A DNA stretch of 30,997 nt from Methanothrix sp. (GCA_037128175.1 JBAXWY010000032.1:1-30997), one strand, 5' to 3'; shown: positions 7,516 to 17,411, counted from the stretch's first letter. Notes: generated by a model from the sequence alone, not told the origin. A program made the numbers and translations.

Positions 7516-7989
7516 TTACTGCTGGTTGGTCACAATCTCAATGTCGTTGGTCGCAGAGACACCGCCGGTATTGAAGGCACCACCAATGATGCTCCATCCA
7601 ACACCTGCACCAATAGCGGTAGCCTGTCTATTGCCGACATGGACCTGCTCGATATTGTACTTGGGACTGCAGGCAGAGCATGTCTGGCTGTCGCCGGTAT
7701 CCTGGTTCTTCTTGATCTTGAGATGGTTGGTTGCAGTTACGGATCCGGTATTGACGCCCAGAATTCCGATTCCCGGGCCCACTCCGGCACCTATTGCCAT
7801 AGCTCGATCATTTCCAACATCAATCGAGTCGTAGTTCGCATTAACTGCGGCAGGGAACTTGAAGGCACTCCCTCCAGTCTCAAATATGCCCTGACCGAGG
7901 ATGTCTACGCCGCCGCTTCCTATCATTGCCGACTGGGCCAAGGCAGGAGCTGCAAATGCAGCCAATGCCATAGCCAGCACAAAAAACAT
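7516..7989 (-). CDS. Secreted Gly/Asn-rich protein with two internal repeats
   Basis: Signal peptide ending APALA; repeats VGNDRAMAIGAGVG...NTGSVTATNHLKIKKNQ and VGNRQATAIGAGVG...NTGGVSATNDIEIVTNQQ separated by CSAC. Confidence 0.8.
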   Translation of the reverse strand: MFFVLAMALAAFAAPALAQSAMIGSGGVDILGQGIFETGGSAFKFPAAVNANYDSIDVGNDRAMAIGAGVGPGIGILGVNTGSVTATNHLKIKKNQDTGDSQTCSACSPKYNIEQVHVGNRQATAIGAGVGWSIIGGAFNTGGVSATNDIEIVTNQQ

Positions 7990-8419
7990 TGCTACTCTTT
8001 TAATAATCTCACCCCATTAATCCTTTTAGGTTGTACTCAACTAAGTTTCAATTATATATATACTTTTTGGTGTTTTTTACAAAGAAATCATAGATTTATG
8101 GTAATATTCTAGTGGAGAAATTTTGCACGCAATATGCGCGGCGGATAATATGATGGGGGCTCAAAAATACCGAAATACTGCAAACAGGAAGGACTGCTAA
8201 AATAATATTTGGTGAAAATATTTTAAAATATGGGGGAACATCGGCGAACTTATTCAGGATATAAATTAATCTCTGGACAGAAGACGATATTGTGTTAATC
8301 TGTCCGAAAATGATTTCAAGGAAACAGTTGTGGAATATAATCTACTAGCAGAAGGTGAAACGGCTGCGGCGTGCCCCTGCAGAAAGCTGAGTGGTATTAC
8401 ATTTAAAATAAAAATCTCA

Positions 8420-8638
8420 CTACTTCTTCCTCTTCCTCGCCGCCCTGTACTTGGGCCAGCTCTGCCTGGCCATCCCCTTGTCTATGTAGCTGGCCGCCAC
8501 GCTGTCTGAGACTGCCCGCTCAATCCGATCGTCGCGCCTCCTTCGCTCCGAAGCCGCCTTCTTGACGATGACGTAGTTGGCGATCAGAAAGAGGGGGAGC
8601 ATGAGAATACAGATCACGACTATCTGCCAGATTTCCAT
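8420..8638 (-). CDS. Small membrane protein
   Basis: 72 aa, N-terminal TM helix and basic tail; co-oriented downstream of the mutS-like gene. Confidence 0.65.
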   Translation of the reverse strand: MEIWQIVVICILMLPLFLIANYVIVKKAASERRRRDDRIERAVSDSVAASYIDKGMARQSWPKYRAARKRKK

Positions 8639-8674
8639 AATAAAAGTCTATTTCTGGAATATAAAAGGAGCACC

Positions 8675-10678
8675 TCATTTAAACTTCGCCAGCAGCCTGG
8701 CATAAAACTCCCGCTCCCGCCCCTTGGTGGAGCGCACCAGCCTGTCCAGTATAAGTTCGGGGGTGCTCTTGGCCAGATAATTGTAACGCGGGCTTCGGCA
8801 CACGCAGAGGTTGTTGTTCTCATCCAGCCCCTCCGCCTCAATTCCATCCACGCGCACCGGCGTCTCGACATAGCGGCGCACATCCTCGGCCAGGTGGCTC
8901 ACGAAGACGGCCACGCAGCCGCGCCGGTTCAGCTCATCCAGCATGCAGGCAATAATGCGCGCTGATGCGCCAGGCTCGGTGATGGCCTCCAGCTCGTCCG
9001 CCAGGACGATCTTTCGCTTCTCATTCTCCACTACGGCGAACTTTTTCATGGCCGTCTCGAAGGCCCCGGCAGAGAGCGTGCCGCGGCTTTTGCTGAAGTA
9101 GTAAAACTCCTCAAAGAGGGAGAGGCGGCAGGCAATAGCTGGCACGGGCAGGCCCATGTGCGCCAGGATGACGATCTGAGATACCAGGTCCAGGAGCGTG
9201 GTCTTGCCGCCCGAGTTGACGCCGCTGAGCAGCACCACCTTTTCTGGGTGCTGCGCGCCTCCTAAGGAGTAGCTCACCGCCTCGGGCCGGTCCAAAAAGA
9301 GATGATGGCCTTCCTCAAAGGAGAGGCACGGCTCCTCTGAGATCTCTGGGAAAGTGAGATTCTCTGCCAGGGCAAACCGCCCCAGGGCATAGGAATAGTC
9401 AAACTCCATCAGGGCGTGGACCAGGGCAGCAGCCTCGTCCCTTTTGTCCTGCAGGCCCCGCGCATTCTCCCTTCTTGTCTTCAAGCCCCGCCCTTCCCTG
9501 CGGCTTCGTAGCTCCTGCTCAAAGGAGCGCAGTGCCTGCCGGTCCAGCTCCAGAGGATAGCAGACCTCTGCCGAGAATATCTCATCCAGCCACACCGCTT
9601 CAGATCCCTGTAGCACAAGCTCGCCCGCAGCGCGCGCCTTTGCCTCCTTCAGTACCAGGGCAAAGACGCTCTTCATCTGCACCTCCAAAAGCTCTCGCAC
9701 GCCTTCTCCCCGGCTCATGACCAGGAGCAGGTCCGTGCCGCCCAGGGTTAGCGAGCTCTTCTCGATCTTACTCTTCAGCTCCTCATTGGCCCAGGCGGCC
9801 GCTTCCCCCACGCACCCGCCCAGGCGCGCGGCCAGCCTCTCCAGCCGTTCTCCTTCAGAGTCCCCGCTCTCGTTCAGCCTGGTGAGCAGCTTTTGCAGTT
9901 TCTCCCATCCCGCAAATCCGGCTACGCCTGCGCCCGTCAGCCTTCCTGCCGCCTGAGCTGCCGCCAGCAGGCACTCTAAATTATCCACATAAAATCCCAG
10001 TACCGCCTCTGGCACCAGATACCATTCTTCTAAAGACTCGGCCTGCTCTATTTCCGCCGCTGCCTGCATGTCCATCTCTTCGCCCACCAGGCAAACGTGG
10101 CTGTAGCTTTTGGCCAGATCCATCAGTTCCGCCGGGCTTTCTGCCAGATGCAGGTCGATCAGCCTGTCCAGCCCCCGCGTCTTCAGCCTCTGAAAGGCCT
10201 CCGTGGATGTGGCGGCCACCGCTCTCTCCCGGACCCTCGTGGCCGCCTTCTCTCGCAGCGGCCTGATCTTTTTCAGCAACTCTTCCAAGCCCTGCCCCTG
10301 CACTTTCTCTGCGGCCTTCGCCGCCGCCAGGGCATTCTTGCGGTTCTCTGCCAGAAGCTGTGCCGAGGAAGAGGCAAACAGAGTGCCAATCTTAAGCCGG
10401 GCATATTCGGTATGTGCATAGCCGGCCAGGTGGGAGATGAGCGTCTGTTGGACCCTGGCCGCTTCATCCGTGGCCAGAAACTGCTCTGGCGTGACTGCAT
10501 ACTTCAAACCCCTGGCATGCGCGACCATGGAAAGAGCCTGGCGTTCGCTAAGAGCCCTGCATAGTCCCGCCACATCGGCATTCAAGACCGCTTGCAGGGC
10601 TTTTTCCTCATCCCCATATTGCTCGATGAGGCGCTCTCTTATGCGAGAGCCAACGCCAGGCAGATCTACCAGTTTCAA
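8675..10678 (-). CDS. Archaeal MutS-like ATPase (MutS2/MutS5-type) with N-terminal helix-hairpin-helix
   Basis: LPGVG HhH motif; Walker A SGVNSGGKTT; QIVILAHMGLPVPA; LSAGAFE; Walker B LADELEAITEPGA; VFVSH. Start taken as TTG 10678. Confidence 0.9.
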   Translation of the reverse strand: MKLVDLPGVGSRIRERLIEQYGDEEKALQAVLNADVAGLCRALSERQALSMVAHARGLKYAVTPEQFLATDEAARVQQTLISHLAGYAHTEYARLKIGTLFASSSAQLLAENRKNALAAAKAAEKVQGQGLEELLKKIRPLREKAATRVRERAVAATSTEAFQRLKTRGLDRLIDLHLAESPAELMDLAKSYSHVCLVGEEMDMQAAAEIEQAESLEEWYLVPEAVLGFYVDNLECLLAAAQAAGRLTGAGVAGFAGWEKLQKLLTRLNESGDSEGERLERLAARLGGCVGEAAAWANEELKSKIEKSSLTLGGTDLLLVMSRGEGVRELLEVQMKSVFALVLKEAKARAAGELVLQGSEAVWLDEIFSAEVCYPLELDRQALRSFEQELRSRREGRGLKTRRENARGLQDKRDEAAALVHALMEFDYSYALGRFALAENLTFPEISEEPCLSFEEGHHLFLDRPEAVSYSLGGAQHPEKVVLLSGVNSGGKTTLLDLVSQIVILAHMGLPVPAIACRLSLFEEFYYFSKSRGTLSAGAFETAMKKFAVVENEKRKIVLADELEAITEPGASARIIACMLDELNRRGCVAVFVSHLAEDVRRYVETPVRVDGIEAEGLDENNNLCVCRSPRYNYLAKSTPELILDRLVRSTKGREREFYARLLAKFK

Positions 10679-10800
10679 ACAGCCCCATTTTACCAGGAAT
10701 ATAATATAATTGTTCCGGCGGCATTGCGGTGGCATAAAGTGGGTGGTGGGTTTCAATATAGCGAGAAGCTTGATATTCCGGGGGCAAAAGAAGGGGACAT

Positions 10801-11679
10801 GTGCTACTAAATCGTCTACTGGACCTGGGAGAGGAGGAGAGTATATTTCTCGCAGAAGAGTCCTGGCAAGATCTGCTGGAGCTGCCCGTCACTAGAGAGA
10901 TACTGCAGGAGGGGCTGGATACAGATGCCTGCATCGAGGTTAAAGATCTGGGATTTGCCCTGCACCTATCCGAGCCGGCAGAGCTATGGCTGCTTCTCAC
11001 TGATAAATATTCTGCCCAAAATATTTTGTCTGAGCATGTCGAAAAATGGCATTCGATGATCATCAAAACGGTGCAGGCAAATGAGGCAGAATTTTTCTCG
11101 GCTCTGACGGAATACTTTTCCCGCTCTCTTGCAGAGGAACTTTTCTGCGAGAGCTGCTCTCTGAACGGAGCGCCTCTTTACGTGGAAGAGAGAATCGAGA
11201 GGCTAATGCAGCTCTTACAACCGGTGCTGCCCAAAGATGAAAGCATCCTGGAGATCTGCTGCGGCGGCGGCATGGCCACACAGGCGCTTCTTCGCCTGGG
11301 GCAGCGTCCCCTCTCCATGGACTCCGATCGCTGCGATCTGTGCCAGGGCCTGAAGAGCGAACTTTTGGACCCCCAAAGATGCTTTGTCCTGGATGCCAGG
11401 CTTTTGCCTCGCATCTTTCCGGCCCGGTCTTTTCATACCGTTCTGGGATTCATGGTGGGGCTGATTGATGATTTCAACTGGCCTCTCTGGAGGGACATTA
11501 TTCTGAATGCTTCCAGCCTCGCGAAAAAGATGGTCCTATTTACCGTTTACACGCAAAAAGAAGCGGAACTCATCGCGAAGGCGCTTGGGGACGTCGGCTG
11601 GAACGGCAGGGTAATCGATAATCGTGACTCCAGGGGAATTTATGACCAGTGGGCCTATTTGGCAGTGATGGACGGATGA
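10801..11679 (+). CDS. Class I SAM-dependent methyltransferase-like protein
   Basis: ILEICCGGGMAT motif I; 292 aa. Confidence 0.8.
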   Translation: MLLNRLLDLGEEESIFLAEESWQDLLELPVTREILQEGLDTDACIEVKDLGFALHLSEPAELWLLLTDKYSAQNILSEHVEKWHSMIIKTVQANEAEFFSALTEYFSRSLAEELFCESCSLNGAPLYVEERIERLMQLLQPVLPKDESILEICCGGGMATQALLRLGQRPLSMDSDRCDLCQGLKSELLDPQRCFVLDARLLPRIFPARSFHTVLGFMVGLIDDFNWPLWRDIILNASSLAKKMVLFTVYTQKEAELIAKALGDVGWNGRVIDNRDSRGIYDQWAYLAVMDG

Positions 11680-11730
11680 ATGGAAAGGTTAATTACAGTT
11701 CCGGGTGTGGATGAAATATAGGTGAGATTC

Positions 11731-11853
11731 TTGGCTGATTTTAAGAAAAGAAATACCGAGAGAAAAGGTGGCAAAAAAGAAGAGATCAAAAGCAAGAAGC
11801 TCATGGAAGATAACCTCGATGACCTCCGGGGTAGGGGAGAAGAAGAGAAATAA
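11731..11853 (+). CDS. Small highly charged protein (40 aa; not in the ORF track)
   Basis: AGGTGA RBS (11720-11725) before TTG; MADFKKRNTERKGGKKEEIKSKKLMEDNLDDLRGRGEEEK; T-rich tracts follow. Confidence 0.55.
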   Translation: MADFKKRNTERKGGKKEEIKSKKLMEDNLDDLRGRGEEEK

Positions 11854-11933
11854 ATCCTTCTTGTGTTGGGATGCATTTTTGCCTATCTCATCTGGCAGCC
11901 CTTTTTTTCGGCTTAATTTTATCTGCTTTAGCA

Positions 11934-12329
11934 TTATGACGGCGTTACACTCAAGCCCCTACTTAGCTCCTTGAGCTTTTCGATGCTCTCCTGGGTCTTA
12001 GCCGACTCTTTTCGCTTCTCATCCTCAAAGTGCTTTATGATATCGTCTAAGGATATAGTAAGCCTGTAGACCTTCATGGGCCGGCCTTTTCCGTCCTTCT
12101 TGATCTCTCTTTCTTCTACCCAGTTGTTGCTACGCAGCGTGCGCATAGCAATGCTCACCTCTGGTTGACGCAGGTTCGAGCCGATCTCTATCTCCCGAGA
12201 GGTGGCCTCCTCCACATTGGCCAGATAAGTGATCATACTGGCCACATTTCTGGGAATGCTGAGTTCTCGCAGAACTTCTACAAACTCCCTGTCGGCATCA
12301 TCCAGAACTTTTACCGAGAATTGTCTCAT
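11934..12329 (-). CDS. Winged-HTH transcriptional regulator (methanogen ArsR/MarR-like family)
   Basis: TSREIEIGSNLRQPEVSIAMRTL HTH followed by the GKGRPMKVYRL wing. Confidence 0.88.
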   Translation of the reverse strand: MRQFSVKVLDDADREFVEVLRELSIPRNVASMITYLANVEEATSREIEIGSNLRQPEVSIAMRTLRSNNWVEEREIKKDGKGRPMKVYRLTISLDDIIKHFEDEKRKESAKTQESIEKLKELSRGLSVTPS

Positions 12330-12558
12330 AATAAGATATAAGAAATACTCTATGATATAAATAGTTTATTTCTCGAATACGTTTTGTTTTTGACCTAAGA
12401 TTATGCTACAAATATGCAACTGCGTAAAGATAATCCGTCCGCGTAATGATAATATCTCTTTCAATTCATAGATTCAAGAAAATGGAATTATGCCGCTTAT
12501 TCATAAGGGGGGCGAAACACACAAAATAGATATATCATCGTTTTCACTCCCTTGGGTC

Positions 12559-13902
12559 ATGGAATTGAAGCTTGATCCCTGGGGCGCAGTTCATGTAGAC
12601 GATTACACCAAGCTCTTTGAGGTATTTGGCATATCGAGCTTTGATGATATCCTTCCCAAGCTTAAAGAGCCTCATCCCTACATGGCGCGTAAGATCATCT
12701 TCGGCCACAGAAACTACGACTCAGTTCTTCGTGCCATGCAAAGGCATGAGCCCTTTGCCGTCATGAGCGGCTTCATGCCCTCTGGCAGAGCTCATTTCGG
12801 CCACATGATGGTCATGAACGAGATCATCTGGCACCAGCAACAGGGAGGGGACGCTTTTGCAGCTATCGCTAACATGGAAGCTCATGCCGTGCGGGGAATA
12901 AGCTGGGAGAAATGCAGAACCCTTGGCATCAACGAGTATATCCTCAGCCTCATTGCTCTCGGTTTTGAGCCGAAAGATGGCAGCCATATCTATTTCCAGT
13001 CAGAGAACTACAAGATGAGGAATCTGGCCTTTGAGCTGGGCAGAGAGGCCAACTTCTCCGAGGTCAGTGCTATCTATGGATTTTCCGGCGAGACCCATAT
13101 CTCTCACATGGAGAGCGTCATGGCTCAGAGTGCAGACATTCTTCATCCTCAATTAGAGGAATTCGGCGGACCAAAGCCCGTGGTCATTCCGGTAGGGGCT
13201 GATCAAGATCCACATATCAAGCTCACTCGCGATCTGGCCTACCGCATGAGAAAATTTCTGGTGGAGCTAAGGAAAGATTACATCAGCATTCGTGGCAAAG
13301 CGGCCAGCCTTGAACTGATGCAGGCGGCGGAATTGGCTTTGAAGGAAACGGGATTGGGACGGGTGAAGCGTTACGAGGAGCATATCGATGTCACAGAGAT
13401 CCAAGATCGGGATGGCCTTTTATCGGGTGCCATCCTGGAAGCCATCGACCGGCTCATAATAAAATTAGAAAATGAACACGGGCATTACGGCTTCATTCCT
13501 CCTGCCTCGATCTACCACCGGTTCATGACGGGCCTGGCGGGGGGTAAGATGTCCTCCTCCAAGCCGGAGAGTCACATTGCTCTCACGGAAGATCCCCAAG
13601 AGGCAGGCAAGAAGATCATGCGGGCCATCACGGGTGGCCGGCAGAGCCTGAATGAGCAAAAGAAGCTGGGAGGCGAGCCGGAAAAGTGCTCCATCTACGA
13701 GTTTCTGGTCTTCCATCTCTCCGATGACGACAAAGAACTGCTGGAGCTGGATGCAGAATGCCGTTCAGGCAGGCGCATGTGTGGAACATGCAAGAAAGAT
13801 GTGGCGGAGCGGATCGAAATATTCCTGCGTGAGCACCAGCAGGCCCGCGAGGCGGCAAGAGAGAGGCTGCCGGAGTTTGGGATAAATGAATTATCAACCT
13901 AA
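12559..13902 (+). CDS. trpS: Tryptophanyl-tRNA synthetase (archaeal)
   Basis: LDPWG start; GFMPSGRAHFGH (HIGH-like); PVGADQDPH; KMSSS; CGTCK. Confidence 0.97.
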   Translation: MELKLDPWGAVHVDDYTKLFEVFGISSFDDILPKLKEPHPYMARKIIFGHRNYDSVLRAMQRHEPFAVMSGFMPSGRAHFGHMMVMNEIIWHQQQGGDAFAAIANMEAHAVRGISWEKCRTLGINEYILSLIALGFEPKDGSHIYFQSENYKMRNLAFELGREANFSEVSAIYGFSGETHISHMESVMAQSADILHPQLEEFGGPKPVVIPVGADQDPHIKLTRDLAYRMRKFLVELRKDYISIRGKAASLELMQAAELALKETGLGRVKRYEEHIDVTEIQDRDGLLSGAILEAIDRLIIKLENEHGHYGFIPPASIYHRFMTGLAGGKMSSSKPESHIALTEDPQEAGKKIMRAITGGRQSLNEQKKLGGEPEKCSIYEFLVFHLSDDDKELLELDAECRSGRRMCGTCKKDVAERIEIFLREHQQAREAARERLPEFGINELST

Positions 13903-14058
13903 TATTTTTTAGATAAAATTATATAAAATATGCTTCAAACAAGATACGACCTTTTCTCTAAATTAAATAAACATTTTTAATATTCTCTGGTCTCTAATGG
14001 ATAAATTTAAATATGATATGGTGCAACGAATTATACAAATTAAAAAGAGGTACTGTTT

Positions 14059-15093
14059 ATGAGAGCTATTTTATTTGCTACTGTGGTTTTACTCTTTTTT
14101 ATGGTTAACGTTTTGGCGGTAGCGGGTGCATCTACCGACCAGGGTGTTGCGAATGTGACAACAGTCCAAGATGCGACAACGGTCCTAAAAGCAACAACCG
14201 TCCAAAATGCGACGACCGTCCAAAATGCGGAAAAAGTAACAACTAATGCCCCGCCTTATGCCACATGGATGCTAATTCTAGTTGTTCTGATTCTGGTTCT
14301 TTTTGCTGCTACGCCTCTAATGTATAATATGCGCAAAGCACACCAACATCTTGAAAGAACCGATAAGGCTCTGGACAATTATCTTTTATATCGCAGAGAT
14401 GAACTAGATGACGATAAAGCTTTACTGATCATAAAGGAATACCTCAACGTAGATCCGGGTGGCGCGCCGGGAACTGCTCGCGGCACAATGGCTCTAACCA
14501 TTATCTTGATTGTTGGCATATGTCTATTTTTCTTGTTGACATACCCACCCAACGGATCTGATCTGATAGTTAAAGATGTGATTCTGACTTTAACCGGAGC
14601 TTTGACATCAATAGTCGGATTTTATTTTGGCGGAAGTGGGTCCACACAGCCAAAACCCACAGAAACAAATCCCTCTGGTCCCAAAAAACCGGACGAGTCC
14701 GCCCAGCCCAAAAAAGAACACAAACCAGAACTATACATAATAAAGGAAGCCTTCTCCTATGAAGACAAGCAGTACCTCAAAGATACCAAAGTAGATCTGG
14801 CATACATCCCTGAGGAAATTCGCAAAGACTGGGTCAAGAATAACAAGGTAGTGTTTTATGTTGGAGAAACTGTGGAAAATATCGAAAAAGATCTTATGAC
14901 AAAAGATAAAAAACCCAAACCTGGATGGTACAAGATAAAATCCAATTTCCGCTACAATGATGATCGGTATCTCGCCGGCAACATCATTAATTTGATGGAC
15001 ATTTCTGCGAGAGTACTGGCAGGATGGGAAAAGAGTGGTTGGATAGAGCCCTACACTGGATCGTTGGCGGCGCCAGAGCCAAAAACGCCTTAG
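14059..15093 (+). CDS. Hypothetical membrane protein with signal peptide
   Basis: Signal peptide, TTVQ(D/N)A repeats, three TM segments ending IVGFYFG, and a duplicated C-terminal module; visibly more AT-rich than neighbours. Confidence 0.8.
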   Translation: MRAILFATVVLLFFMVNVLAVAGASTDQGVANVTTVQDATTVLKATTVQNATTVQNAEKVTTNAPPYATWMLILVVLILVLFAATPLMYNMRKAHQHLERTDKALDNYLLYRRDELDDDKALLIIKEYLNVDPGGAPGTARGTMALTIILIVGICLFFLLTYPPNGSDLIVKDVILTLTGALTSIVGFYFGGSGSTQPKPTETNPSGPKKPDESAQPKKEHKPELYIIKEAFSYEDKQYLKDTKVDLAYIPEEIRKDWVKNNKVVFYVGETVENIEKDLMTKDKKPKPGWYKIKSNFRYNDDRYLAGNIINLMDISARVLAGWEKSGWIEPYTGSLAAPEPKTP

Positions 15094-15122
15094 TGCAACA
15101 TTGGCAAGATCCAAATAAATGC

Positions 15123-15602
15123 CTATTGGGCTTCATCGGGCAGCTTCATCTTTCCTTTTTTTTTCTCGCACACTCTGATCCCCTCAATCTCCGTATCCGG
15201 ATAATTTCCTGTCTCGTCCTTCTCCAGGTACTTGACCATATCCCAGACATTGAGCAGCGCCGCGGCAACCCCGGTCAGTGCCTCCATCTCCACGCCCGTC
15301 TTTCCCTCTGATGTCACAGTGACGGTTGCCCTGACTCGCCTCTCTTCAATCTCAAAGTTCACCTCCAGTCCGGTGATGGGAATCTGGTGGCAGAGTGGGA
15401 TCAAACGGGGCGTGTCCTTGACTGCCAGGATGGCCGCCAGCCTGGCCGTGGTGAGTACGTCCCCCTTTTTCACCCGGCCATTTTTTATGGACTCAACGCT
15501 GACCTCTTGCAGTCGTATCGATCCCGTGGCGGTGGCCTTTCTGAAGACGGGCGGCTTTTCCGTGATATCTACCATTCCTGCCAGCTTTTCTTCTTCCTCC
15601 AA
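15123..15602 (-). CDS. moaC: Cyclic pyranopterin monophosphate synthase MoaC
   Basis: MVDITEK, KKGDVL, LIPLCHQI, KTGVEMEALTG, WDMVK. Confidence 0.97.
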   Translation of the reverse strand: MEEEEKLAGMVDITEKPPVFRKATATGSIRLQEVSVESIKNGRVKKGDVLTTARLAAILAVKDTPRLIPLCHQIPITGLEVNFEIEERRVRATVTVTSEGKTGVEMEALTGVAAALLNVWDMVKYLEKDETGNYPDTEIEGIRVCEKKKGKMKLPDEAQ

Positions 15603-15606
15603 GTTC

Positions 15607-17004
15607 TCACAGCCTCATAGCTTCTGGAATCTTCTCGATCACATCTGTGGCAACCATTCCGAATTCCTTCTCCGGATAGACCAGATCGCCTGCCCTGCCA
15701 TTAACAAAGGCTGCTGCCGTAGCTGCCCGCAGAGCGGAGCTTCGAGCGTAAAAAGCGGCTGTAATTCCCGCCAGGACGTCGCCCGTGCCGCCCACGGTCA
15801 TGCCCGGATTTCCTGTGGTATTGGCTCGCACCACCTCGCCATCTGAGATCAGATCGACCTTGCCTTTGAGCAGGACCACCAGGCCTTTTTCGCGAGCATA
15901 AACTTTTAGCGGCTCTACCCTCTCTCTGTAGTCCAGATCGACCAGAGCAATGCCGCTGATTCTCCGAAACTCGCCGGCATGAGGCGTGACAATGCCCCGC
16001 AAGGGAAGATCCGGTTGCAGGGCGTCGGCATCTATCACCGGCTTCTTGCAGAGAGGCATGATCTTTGCCAATGCCTCTATAGTTTCTGCATGTCTTCCCA
16101 GTCCCATGCCCATGACCACCACATCGTGCCTAGCAATCTGCTCCTCCAGAATTGTAAGGTCGTCAGGGCAGAGATGATCGGCGGAGAGCTGCTGAACAAT
16201 CAGGTTGGGAGAATAGCAGGAGATGGTTCTGGCAGCGGCCTTTGGTGCGGCTACGGTGACAATGTCCGCTCCCGCTCGGAGAGCCGCCATGGCAGAGAGT
16301 GCCGGCGCACCGGTGTATGGCCCGCCGCCGATTACCAGTATCCGTCCGGAGTCGCCCTTGTGGCTCTCCTGGGACCTTCTTCCCATCAGCCACAGGTCAC
16401 CTTTTCCCACGAAGAACTCTGCCGCTTGTGGTATGCCTATATCCGCTACGACGACATTGCCGGTCATGTCGGGCTTTTGCCGGTGAAAGGTTACCACGGC
16501 ATCGGCCCTCACCACCTGGTTGGTTCCGAGACCACTCGGAACATCGACCGAGATCACCAGCTTTCCCGAGGAATTGATGGCTTCTATTGCCTGGGCCTCC
16601 AGACCCAAGACGGGGCCATGTACGCCCGTGCCGAAGATTGCGTCTATTATCAGGTCGCATTCACCCAGGGACAGATCCGTGCTGTCCGTAATTGGGCGCA
16701 GGTCATAGCCCAGCCGCTCCAGAATTTCCCAATTCCTTCTCGCCTCCTCTGTAGCGATATCTCTGGAACGGCCCAAAAGATAAACGGTTACATCAAAGCC
16801 CATCAGGTGGCGAGCGGCAACAAAGGCATCGCCGCCGTTATTGCCGCGGCCTGCTACAATGGCGATCCTCTTTCCTTTGGCCCTGACCATGATCTCCCGA
16901 GCCAGAGCTGCACCAGCATTCTCCATGAGCTGCAAGGGCAGCAGCCCGAAATATCTGCAATTGGTGTCGAGAGCTGTCATCTCTTCTGCAGAAATAATTC
17001 TCAT
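15607..17004 (-). CDS. nnr: Bifunctional NAD(P)H-hydrate epimerase/dehydratase
   Basis: LMENAG, GRGNNGGD, DAIFGTG, VDVPSG; HKGDSG, IDADAL, TPHAGEF, GGTGDVLAG. Confidence 0.96.
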   Translation of the reverse strand: MRIISAEEMTALDTNCRYFGLLPLQLMENAGAALAREIMVRAKGKRIAIVAGRGNNGGDAFVAARHLMGFDVTVYLLGRSRDIATEEARRNWEILERLGYDLRPITDSTDLSLGECDLIIDAIFGTGVHGPVLGLEAQAIEAINSSGKLVISVDVPSGLGTNQVVRADAVVTFHRQKPDMTGNVVVADIGIPQAAEFFVGKGDLWLMGRRSQESHKGDSGRILVIGGGPYTGAPALSAMAALRAGADIVTVAAPKAAARTISCYSPNLIVQQLSADHLCPDDLTILEEQIARHDVVVMGMGLGRHAETIEALAKIMPLCKKPVIDADALQPDLPLRGIVTPHAGEFRRISGIALVDLDYRERVEPLKVYAREKGLVVLLKGKVDLISDGEVVRANTTGNPGMTVGGTGDVLAGITAAFYARSSALRAATAAAFVNGRAGDLVYPEKEFGMVATDVIEKIPEAMRL

Positions 17005-17168
17005 AGTAATTGGATAGTGGATGATAACATAAAGCTCCTATCCTTTGGGTGGAGGGGAAGTCGCCCCCCTACAAGTTCATTGGCCCGGTGCAAATCATTG
17101 ACATACAAGGATTAATGAGGTTAGACCGTTAGTAATTTAGTACGGATTTTCAAGCCAATCCGGGGTCG

Positions 17169-17411
17169 ATGAAGATGAAGAAGCTAAATCTAACTGCTAC
17201 GCTGTGGGAAGAGGAGTGTGTATGGGTAGCAAAGTCTCCTGAAACAGGGGTCGCAAGCTGTGGAGACACACCGCAGGAGGCCCTGAGCAATCTCAAGGAA
17301 GCCCTGGAGCTTTTTCTGGAAAATGCAAGAGAGCTAGGGATGCGAGATGATTTGGATGCTGCCTTGACCTCGGCGCACAAGTTCACCGCCTTGATCGAGG
17401 TATCAGCCTAA
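17169..17411 (+). CDS. hicB: HicB-family antitoxin
   Basis: VASCGDTPQEALSNLKEALELFLE motif; stop overlaps the hicA start. Confidence 0.9.
   Translation: MKMKKLNLTATLWEEECVWVAKSPETGVASCGDTPQEALSNLKEALELFLENARELGMRDDLDAALTSAHKFTALIEVSA

Noticed and set aside
11655-11974. Track ORFs 11655-11876, 11689-11934 and 11768-11974
   Set aside because: They lack RBS support and overlap a better-supported 40-aa ORF (11731-11853) or neighbouring genes.
15979-17115. 378-aa plus-strand ORF
   Set aside because: Antisense shadow of nnr in GC-rich DNA; no motifs.
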